A program made the translations under genes and the position numbers. DNA of 64,000 nt from the NCBI GenBank assembly GCA_035697845.1, contig DASSCI010000039.1:4590-68589 (forward strand), read 5' to 3'. Below, one piece after another: positions 57,059 through 64,000 of this stretch (its first letter is position 1; each line of letters begins with the position of its first letter). Source of the stretch: Candidatus Limnocylindria bacterium. Lineage in GTDB: Bacteria > Chloroflexota > Limnocylindria > QHBO01. The notes below the pieces were generated by a model. That model saw only the letters and a list, made by a program, of their open reading frames with translations, was not told the origin of the DNA and ran no database searches.

Positions 57059-58303
57059 ATGTCGACCGATCCGGCGGAAGGCCGGCTCATCGTCCTGCGC
57101 CATCCCGACCTGCGTCGCTACCTGACGGCTCGCTTCATCGCGTCCATCGCCACCCAGGTCCAGACCGTCGCCGTCGGCTGGCAGGTCTTCCGGGCCACGG
57201 GCGACCCCTTCGACCTGGGCCTGGTGGCGCTATCGCAGTTCCTGCCCTTCGTGCTGCTCATCCTGCCGGCCGGACATGTCGCCGACCGATACGATCGGCG
57301 CCGCATCCAGCTCGTGACGTACGTGCTGCTGGCGGCCTGCGCCGCGGCGCTGTTCGGTCTCGCGCTGTCCGGAAACATCGATACCGGGCCCGTCTTCGCC
57401 GTGATGGTGCTGTTCGGCACCGCGCGCGCCTTCAATCACCCCGTCGGCCAGGCGCTCCTGCCGAACCTGGCCCCGATCACGCTGTTTCCTCGCGCCGTTG
57501 CCGTCAACTCGTCGCTCGGTCAGGTCGCCACCATCGCGGGGCCGGCGATCGGCGGCGCGCTGGTCCTGTTCGGAGAGCAGGTGGCGTTCGGGCTCTCGCT
57601 CGTGCTGCTGGTGGCCGCGGTGGTGCTGGTCGCAGGGCTGCGCGGAGGTGGTCGCACCGAAGCCTCGACCGAACCGGTGTCGTGGGCGGCATTGCTCACG
57701 GGCGTCAACTTCGTGCGCAGCCGTCCGATCGTGCTTGGCTCGATCTCGCTCGACCTGTTCGCGGTCCTGTTCGGCGGGGCGGAGGCGCTGCTGCCCATTT
57801 ATGCCGGTGAGATCCTCGATGTTGGACCGGTCGGCCTGGGCATCATGCGGGCCGCTCCGGCGGTCGGTGCCGGCGTCCTCGCGGCAGTCGTGGCTGTGCG
57901 CCCCATCCGGCGCAACGTGGGCAGATGGATGTTCGGCGGCGTCATCGTGTTCGGGATCGCCACCATGCTCTTCGGCGTGTCGACCAGCTTCCCACTGAGC
58001 GTGGCGGCGCTGGTCGTGATGGGGGCCGGCGACATGGTCAGCGTGTACATCCGCCACCTGCTCGTGCAGCTCGAGACGCCCGATGCGATCCGGGGTCGCG
58101 TGAGCGCGGTCAACTCGGTGTTCATCGGCGCATCCAACGAGCTCGGTGAGTTCGAGTCGGGCATCACCGCGTCGTGGTGGGGGATCGTCCCGGCCGTTGT
58201 CGTCGGCGGAGCGGCGACGCTCGCGGTCGCCGCGACCTGGACTCGCGTCTTCCCGGTTCTGCGACGCCTCGACCGTTTCCCCGAGCCTGAGGACGTGCCC
58301 TAG
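57059..58303 (+). CDS. MFS transporter (EntS/MFS_3-like)
   Basis: 12 TM and a DRYDRRR loop motif. Confidence 0.8.
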   Translation: MSTDPAEGRLIVLRHPDLRRYLTARFIASIATQVQTVAVGWQVFRATGDPFDLGLVALSQFLPFVLLILPAGHVADRYDRRRIQLVTYVLLAACAAALFGLALSGNIDTGPVFAVMVLFGTARAFNHPVGQALLPNLAPITLFPRAVAVNSSLGQVATIAGPAIGGALVLFGEQVAFGLSLVLLVAAVVLVAGLRGGGRTEASTEPVSWAALLTGVNFVRSRPIVLGSISLDLFAVLFGGAEALLPIYAGEILDVGPVGLGIMRAAPAVGAGVLAAVVAVRPIRRNVGRWMFGGVIVFGIATMLFGVSTSFPLSVAALVVMGAGDMVSVYIRHLLVQLETPDAIRGRVSAVNSVFIGASNELGEFESGITASWWGIVPAVVVGGAATLAVAATWTRVFPVLRRLDRFPEPEDVP

Positions 58304-58352
58304 CGCCTTTGCCGTCATCGGCCGATCCGTGGATCGGCGCTAGAATCGGCCG

Positions 58353-59249
58353 GTGATCGACCCCATCGCTCTCGAGATCGGCCCGATCCAGCTGCACTGG
58401 TACGGGATCATCATCGCCACCGCGGTGCTCGTCGCCGCGCTCGTCGGCTCCCGGGTGGCGGCGTGGCTCGGCGAGGACCCCGACGACGGCTGGTCGATGC
58501 TCCTGCTCGTCATCATCCTGGCCGTCATCGGCGCGCGCGTGTACCACGTGATCCACATGTGGGACTTCTACCGCGAGAATCCGATCCTGATCCCGCAGGT
58601 CTGGAACGGTGGCATCGGCATTCCGGGGGCGGTCGCCGGCGGGGCGCTCGGGATCTTCCTCTACACGCGGTCGAAGGGCCTGAACACCGCCCGCTGGCTG
58701 GACATCTTCGCGCCCGCCCTGCTGCTGGGCCAGGTGATCGGCCGCCTGGGCAACTTCGTCAACCAGGAGCTCTACGGACCGCCGATCAGCGAGTGCGGCA
58801 ACGGCTTTCCTCCGTGCCTGCCATTCGGCATCCCGATCGACGCGGCGCACCGGGCCGGGACTCCCTGGGATGCGGCGACCTACCCGGTGGAGACGACCCA
58901 GTTCGTTCCGATGTTCGCCTACGAGATGGTCCTGAACCTCATCGGCATGGCGGTCCTGCTGTACGTCATCCGGCGCTTCGCGCCTCGCCTCTTCGCCGGG
59001 GACGCGGCCCTGATCTACATCATGTGGTACGGCGCCGTGCGAACCCTGCTCGAGACGTATCGAGTCAATAACTGGACGATCATCGGTGTGCCGACCGCGA
59101 TGTGGGTCGGGATCATCGGCTTCATCCTGGCGGGCGGCTGGCTGATCTACCGTCATCGCCGAGGCTGGGGCTCGCCGATGCTTCGGCCCGATCCCGAGCT
59201 CTCGACCGGATTGGGTTCGCAGCCGCACGTCGAGGCCTCCGCTGGCTGA
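58353..59249 (+). CDS. lgt: Prolipoprotein diacylglyceryl transferase
   Basis: Lgt signature GRLGNFVNQELYG and a conserved N-terminus. Confidence 0.9.
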   Translation: MIDPIALEIGPIQLHWYGIIIATAVLVAALVGSRVAAWLGEDPDDGWSMLLLVIILAVIGARVYHVIHMWDFYRENPILIPQVWNGGIGIPGAVAGGALGIFLYTRSKGLNTARWLDIFAPALLLGQVIGRLGNFVNQELYGPPISECGNGFPPCLPFGIPIDAAHRAGTPWDAATYPVETTQFVPMFAYEMVLNLIGMAVLLYVIRRFAPRLFAGDAALIYIMWYGAVRTLLETYRVNNWTIIGVPTAMWVGIIGFILAGGWLIYRHRRGWGSPMLRPDPELSTGLGSQPHVEASAG

Positions 59250-59271
59250 ACGGCCGGGCATCCTGCCCGAT

Positions 59272-60291
59272 GTGACCGCCGCGGTTGGCAGGACGCCGCT
59301 CGTCGCCCTTGATCGGCTGGCAGCGGACGTCCGGCCGCGCATCGTGGCCAAGCTGGAGCACATGAACCCCGGCGGGTCCGTGAAGGACCGGATCGCGGTG
59401 CCGATGATCGAGGCTGCCGAGCGCGCGGGTCTGCTCAAGGCGGGCGGAACGATCGTGGAGCCCACGTCCGGCAATACCGGCGTCGGGCTCGCGCAGGCGG
59501 CCGCAGCGCGAGGCTATCGGTGCATCTTCGTGATGGCGGACAAGCAGTCGGAGGAGAAGCGGGCGCTGCTGCGGGCGTATGGCGCCGAGGTCGTCGTCTG
59601 CCCCACCGATGTCGACCCGGGTGACGAGCGTTCCTACTACCGCGTCTCCGATCGGCTGGCGCGCGACATTCCGGGCGCCTGGAAGCCCGACCAGTACTCG
59701 AACCCGGCCAACCCACAGGCCCATTACGAGACGACCGGCCCCGAGATCTGGGAGGCGACCGAGGGGCGCATCACCCACCTGGTGGTCGCGCTCGGCACCG
59801 GTGGGACCGTGTCGGGCGTCGGCCGCTACCTCAAGGAGCGCAACTCGTCCGTCGTCGTCGTTGGGGCCGATCCGGACGGCTCGGTGTATTCCGGTGCCGC
59901 GCCGCACCCATATTTGACCGAGGGCATCGGCGAGGACTTCTGGCCGACAACCTACGACACCTCGATCTGCGACGTGGTGATCCGCGTCAGCGACCGCGAC
60001 TCGATGCTCACGGCGCGCGTTGCGACGGCGCGCGAGGGGATCCTGATGGGGGAGTCGGCGGGGACGGCGCTGTGGGCCGCGCTGCAGCATGCCCGCGAGG
60101 TCGACGATCCCGATGCCCTGTTCGTGGTGCTGCTGCCGGACTCCGGTCGCAACTACGTCGGCAAGCTCTACGACGATGCGTGGCTGCGTGAGAACAGTCT
60201 GCTTGGCGTGGACGAGGAGGTGGCGGCCTACGACTGGCGGGAGACGTCGCCGGCGGTGGTCCTGACTGGCGACGAGGTCCCGCGCGGCTGA
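59272..60291 (+). CDS. Cysteine synthase / cystathionine beta-synthase family PLP enzyme
   Basis: PLP-lysine motif NPGGSVKDR and glycine loop GTGGTVSG. GTG start. Confidence 0.8.
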   Translation: MTAAVGRTPLVALDRLAADVRPRIVAKLEHMNPGGSVKDRIAVPMIEAAERAGLLKAGGTIVEPTSGNTGVGLAQAAAARGYRCIFVMADKQSEEKRALLRAYGAEVVVCPTDVDPGDERSYYRVSDRLARDIPGAWKPDQYSNPANPQAHYETTGPEIWEATEGRITHLVVALGTGGTVSGVGRYLKERNSSVVVVGADPDGSVYSGAAPHPYLTEGIGEDFWPTTYDTSICDVVIRVSDRDSMLTARVATAREGILMGESAGTALWAALQHAREVDDPDALFVVLLPDSGRNYVGKLYDDAWLRENSLLGVDEEVAAYDWRETSPAVVLTGDEVPRG

Positions 60292-60292
60292 C

Positions 60293-60454
60293 CTAGGCTT
60301 CGGCCTCCGTGTCCGATGGCATCCATCGGTCGCGCTGCTCGACGTCCGTGTTCGAGTACACACAGCCGGAATGCGCCGCGGCGCCGTCGTCGGCCTGCAT
60401 CCAGGCGTGGTCCGCGTCGATGGGATCGCCACACATGTCGCAGGTTCTCGTCAT
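60293..60454 (-). CDS. Possible small zinc-ribbon protein (53 aa)
   Basis: CDMC...HSGC Cys/His cluster. Only ORF-level evidence. Confidence 0.25.
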   Translation of the reverse strand: MTRTCDMCGDPIDADHAWMQADDGAAAHSGCVYSNTDVEQRDRWMPSDTEAEA

Positions 60455-60597
60455 CGGTTCCACGCCGTCACGATACGCGTCCGGGACAAGCGCTCGGTCC
60501 GCCGCGCCAGGGGAGACCTCCGTTCTGACGGGTTGGGGCGCGCGGAGTATGGTTGAGGCCGTACGAGATACACCGAGCGCGCACACGAAGGAGCGTC

Positions 60598-62145
60598 ATG
60601 ACGCACGTCGCAGAGCCGCCGGTCGCCGGGGAGCGCGACGCGACCGAGCTGGAGCGGGTCAATCACTGGATCAACGGTGCCCGCGTGGCGGGCACGAGCG
60701 GCCGCAAGGGCCCCGTCTTTAACCCCGCCACGGGCGAGACGGCCCGAGAGGTCGACTTCGCATCCGTCGAGGAGGTCGACGCGGCAGTTGCCGCCGCGCA
60801 GGCAGCCCTTCCCGGTTGGCGTGCGACGAGCATCAGTCGACGGACCGAGATCCTGTTCCGGATGCGGAACCTGGTCGACCAGCATCGCGAGGAGATCGCG
60901 GCGTTCCTGACGCGCGAGCACGGCAAGGTCAGGACCGATGCGCTGGGCGAGGTCGCGCGAGGCCTGGAGAACATCGAGTTCGCGACCGGCATCCCTCACC
61001 TGCTCAAGGGCGGCTTCAGCGAGCAGGTGTCGACCGGGATCGACGTCTACCAGATCCGTCAGCCGCTGGGCGTGGTGGCGGGCATCACGCCGTTCAATTT
61101 CCCGGCCATGGTGCCGATGTGGATGTTCGCCAACGCCATCGCCTGCGGCAACACCTTCATCCTCAAGCCCAGCGAGAAGGACCCGTCCGCATCGGTCTAC
61201 CTGGCCGAGCTGTGGAAGGAAGCTGGGCTGCCGGACGGCGTCTTCAACGTCGTCCATGGTGACAAGGTCGCGGTCGACCGCATCCTCGAGCATCCCGACA
61301 TCGCCGCCGTCTCGTTCGTGGGTTCGACGCCGATCGCGAGGTACATCTACGAGACCGGCACGAAGGCCGGCAAGCGGGTGCAGGCCCTGGGTGGTGCCAA
61401 GAACCACATGGTCGTCCTGCCGGACGCCGATATCGCCATGGCCGCCGATGCCGCCGTCTCCGCCGCCTACGGCTCCGCCGGCGAGCGCTGCATGGCGATC
61501 TCGGTGGTCGTCGCCGTCGGCGACGTCGCCGATCCGCTGGTTCAGGCGATCGAGGAGCGACTGCCGAAGATCAAGGTCGGTCCCGGTCACCAGGAAGGCT
61601 CCGAGATGGGGCCGCTCATCACCAAGGAGCACCGCGACAAGGTCGCCTCGTACCTGGACAGCGGCAAGCACCAGGGCGCGACGCTGCGCGTCGATGGCCG
61701 TGAGCACGTCCTGTACGACAAGGACGGCGGCGGCTTCTTCCTGGGCGTCTCGCTGCTCGACAACGTCACACCGGAGATGGAGTGCTACCGCAACGAGATC
61801 TTCGGGCCCGTCCTCGAGATCGTCCGCGTCCCGGACTACCCATCGGCGCTGAAGATCGTCAACGACAACCAGTACGGCAACGGGACCGCGATCTACACCC
61901 GCGACGGCGGTGCGGCGCGGCAGTATCAGTTCGACGTGGAGGTCGGCATGGTCGGCATCAACGTGCCGATCCCGGTGCCGGTCGCCTACTACAGCTTCGG
62001 CGGTTGGAAGGCGTCGCTGTTCGGTGACCTGCACATGTACGGGCCGGAGGGCATCCAGTTCTACACCCGCGCCAAGGTGGTCACGGCCCGCTGGCCTGAC
62101 CCGGGAACGTCCTCGGTCGACCTCGGGTTCCCGCGCACGCGCTGA
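60598..62145 (+). CDS. mmsA: CoA-acylating methylmalonate-semialdehyde dehydrogenase
   Basis: ALDH family with catalytic Cys (GSAGERCMAIS) and Glu region. SD GAAGGAG precedes the ATG at 60598. Confidence 0.85.
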   Translation: MTHVAEPPVAGERDATELERVNHWINGARVAGTSGRKGPVFNPATGETAREVDFASVEEVDAAVAAAQAALPGWRATSISRRTEILFRMRNLVDQHREEIAAFLTREHGKVRTDALGEVARGLENIEFATGIPHLLKGGFSEQVSTGIDVYQIRQPLGVVAGITPFNFPAMVPMWMFANAIACGNTFILKPSEKDPSASVYLAELWKEAGLPDGVFNVVHGDKVAVDRILEHPDIAAVSFVGSTPIARYIYETGTKAGKRVQALGGAKNHMVVLPDADIAMAADAAVSAAYGSAGERCMAISVVVAVGDVADPLVQAIEERLPKIKVGPGHQEGSEMGPLITKEHRDKVASYLDSGKHQGATLRVDGREHVLYDKDGGGFFLGVSLLDNVTPEMECYRNEIFGPVLEIVRVPDYPSALKIVNDNQYGNGTAIYTRDGGAARQYQFDVEVGMVGINVPIPVPVAYYSFGGWKASLFGDLHMYGPEGIQFYTRAKVVTARWPDPGTSSVDLGFPRTR

Positions 62146-62218
62146 TCGGCACCACGGTTCGTTCCGGACGCCTGGACGAGGGAGCGAAGCCGCGATCTGA
62201 GGCCCTCCCCGGCCATCG

Positions 62219-63391
62219 GTGGCAGAATGGCCGCCGATGACCGACCGATTCGAGACCCTGGCCGTTCACGCTGGCGCCGCGCCCGATCCGGAGACCGGCG
62301 CGGTGGTGCCGCCGATCCAGATGAGCACCACCTTCAAGCAGGACGGCGTCGGCGGCCTGCGCGGCGGCTTCGAGTACGGACGCTCCGGAAACCCGACGCG
62401 AAAGGCGTTGGAGGAGGCCATCTGCGTCCTGGAGAACGGTGCTCACGGTCTCGCCTACGCGTCAGGACTGGCGGCCACCCAGAACATCCTGTACCTGCTC
62501 GAGCCGGGCGACCGGCTGCTCATGAGCGATGACGTCTACGGCGGCACCTGGCGCCTGGCTGACAAGGTCTGGCGCCGTTACGGGATCGAGACCGATACGA
62601 TCGACCTCCGCGACCTGGACGCCGTCGCGACCACCTTGTCGAGCGCGAAGCCCCCACGCATGGTGTGGATCGAGACTCCGTCCAACCCGCTTCTGAAGGT
62701 CATCGACATCAGCGCCGTGGCCCGCCTGGCGGCCGTGGCGGGCGCGATCACGGTGGTCGACAACACATTCGCCACGCCGTACCTGCAACGGCCGTTGGAG
62801 CTCGGCGCCGACCTGGTCCTGCATTCGGCCACGAAGTACCTGGGCGGCCACTCCGACGTCATCGGCGGGCTGGTGGTCACACGCTCCGACGAGCTGGCCG
62901 AGCGGCTGCGCTTCCACCAGAACGCCGCCGGCGCGGTGCCGAGTCCCTTCGACTGCTTCCTGGTCATGCGAGGCCTCCGCACGCTCGCGGTTCGCATGGA
63001 GCGGGCATGCGCCAACGCGCTTGTCCTGGCCCTGTGGCTCAGCGAGCGACCCGGCGTCGCCGCGGTGCATTACCCCGGTCTACCGGACCATCCGGCCGCC
63101 GAGCTGGTCGAGCGGCAGATGCGCCTGCCCGGCGCCATGCTCAGCTTTGAGATGAGCGGTGGGGAGGAGGCGGCACGGCGATTCGCGGCCGCCACCCGCC
63201 TGTTCACGCTGGCCGAATCGCTCGGTGCGGTCGAGTCGCTGATCGAGCTGCCAGCACCGATGACCCACGCATCCGTCGCCGAGTCCGCCCTGGCCGTGTC
63301 GCCCTCACTGGTGAGGCTGTCGGTCGGCATCGAAAACGCTGGCGACCTCCAGTCGGATCTCGAGGCGGCCTTCCGAAGCGCGGGCTCGTGA
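62219..63391 (+). CDS. Cys/Met metabolism PLP-dependent enzyme (cystathionine gamma-synthase/gamma-lyase family)
   Basis: PLP lysine motif HSATKYLGGHSDVIGG. The start may be 62237. Confidence 0.8.
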   Translation: MAEWPPMTDRFETLAVHAGAAPDPETGAVVPPIQMSTTFKQDGVGGLRGGFEYGRSGNPTRKALEEAICVLENGAHGLAYASGLAATQNILYLLEPGDRLLMSDDVYGGTWRLADKVWRRYGIETDTIDLRDLDAVATTLSSAKPPRMVWIETPSNPLLKVIDISAVARLAAVAGAITVVDNTFATPYLQRPLELGADLVLHSATKYLGGHSDVIGGLVVTRSDELAERLRFHQNAAGAVPSPFDCFLVMRGLRTLAVRMERACANALVLALWLSERPGVAAVHYPGLPDHPAAELVERQMRLPGAMLSFEMSGGEEAARRFAAATRLFTLAESLGAVESLIELPAPMTHASVAESALAVSPSLVRLSVGIENAGDLQSDLEAAFRSAGS

Positions 63392-63906
63392 CGGACGAGA
63401 AGCCGCGCGAGGACGGTCCGACGGAGGTCGTCGAGACCGAGGAGGGCGAGCTCATCGAGCGGCTGTCCGGTGGGACGGCGACGCTCCTGTTGGTGTGGCT
63501 GATCGGCATCGGCGCGCTCTCGACCCTGCTGGCGGCGTGGATCTTCGTCTGGATGGTCAGTGGCCAGCGGCTCGGCCTCGACGCCTTGTTCGGAGGCTTT
63601 GGGATCTACACCGCGCTGGCTGGCGCTGCGGGGCCGTGCGTCCTGTGGCTGGCCGGCCGCGCTCAGGGGCACACGCTCGGCTGGTTCATGCTGACCGCGG
63701 CGAAGATCGCGCTGGTCATGGTCGTCGTCATCGCGCTGATGATCCTGGGCGCGGCGCTGATCATGGGCGGCGCGATGCCGGTCGGAGGCACGCTCGTCGC
63801 CGCCGGCGTCATGGTCGCTATGGCCCTGGTCCTGAGCCAGGTCTGGGCAGTCGCCACCTGGGGCGCCGACCGCTGGATCGCGCGGGCTCGGCTGGACGAG
63901 CCCTAA
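63388..63906 (+). CDS. Hypothetical membrane protein (4 TM, acidic N-terminus)
   Basis: GTGA overlap with the upstream stop. Hydrophobic helices. Confidence 0.45.
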   Translation: MTDEKPREDGPTEVVETEEGELIERLSGGTATLLLVWLIGIGALSTLLAAWIFVWMVSGQRLGLDALFGGFGIYTALAGAAGPCVLWLAGRAQGHTLGWFMLTAAKIALVMVVVIALMILGAALIMGGAMPVGGTLVAAGVMVAMALVLSQVWAVATWGADRWIARARLDEP

Positions 63907-64000
63907 GCCTTGCTCCGAGCCTCGAGCTCGGCGCGCAGATCCTTGCGCAGCGCCTTGCCGATCATGGTCTTTGGCAGCTCGTCGCGAATCTCGACCGTGG
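63903..64000 (-). CDS. C-terminus of an AMP-dependent synthetase/ligase (acyl-CoA synthetase), 3' partial in window
   Basis: Reverse-strand translation ...TVEIRDELPKTMIGKALRKDLRAELEARSKA* matches the conserved C-terminal LPKTxSGKIxR motif of adenylate-forming enzymes. Confidence 0.5.
   Translation of the reverse strand, partial: TVEIRDELPKTMIGKALRKDLRAELEARSKA

Overview
Window of high-GC (~70%) bacterial chromosome. GTG starts, 4-nt ATGA/GTGA gene overlaps, a PyrR-regulated pyr operon, a SufS-SufU suf operon, Lgt and SLH-like repeats together suggest a high-GC Terrabacteria lineage (Actinobacteria- or Chloroflexi-like). That taxonomic call is inference only. Most of the window is ordinary housekeeping: pyrR-pyrB-pyrC and a separate pyrE; sufB-sufD-Rieske-rrf2-sufC-sufS-sufU; tldD/pmbA; rsgA; lgt; mmsA; a Met/Cys PLP enzyme and a cysteine-synthase-family gene; an initiator tRNA-fMet and a tRNA-Gly(CCC); several peptidases (S8, M24, M20); MFS transporters; two ECF sigma/anti-sigma pairs; and an ABC transporter convergent with a LuxR-type two-component system. 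No CRISPR array, transposase or integrase was seen. The best candidate for an undescribed system is a tightly coupled cluster at ~32.5-37.2 kb: a Crp/Fnr regulator; a small protein of six 15-aa tandem repeats (DDTEGHAFTRRAD) with dibasic RR sites; then GAF protein, cytoplasmic S8 subtilisin-like peptidase and an MFS transporter fused to a C-terminal cNMP-binding domain, these three translationally coupled. I read it as a possible cyclic-nucleotide-controlled system that processes and exports a multi-core peptide. Other notable items: a ~70-bp composite element (11-bp tandem repeats plus a 21-bp palindrome) present at two loci in opposite orientation; a diverged duplicate of the pyrE 3' end flanking a ~200-bp insert (att-scar-like); a bacterial TIMP/NTR-like membrane-anchored protein inside a peptidase neighbourhood; a rhodanese-ThiF fusion in reversed domain order next to a JAMM protease; an S8 protease with Cys-containing SLH-like repeats; two proteins flanking an ECF sigma that share an acidic D-x-SGPG tail; and a 12-TM protein lacking the oxidase His ligands that is translationally coupled to a membrane-anchored cytochrome c. 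Large antisense ORFs in the provided six-frame track are treated as GC-skew artefacts.
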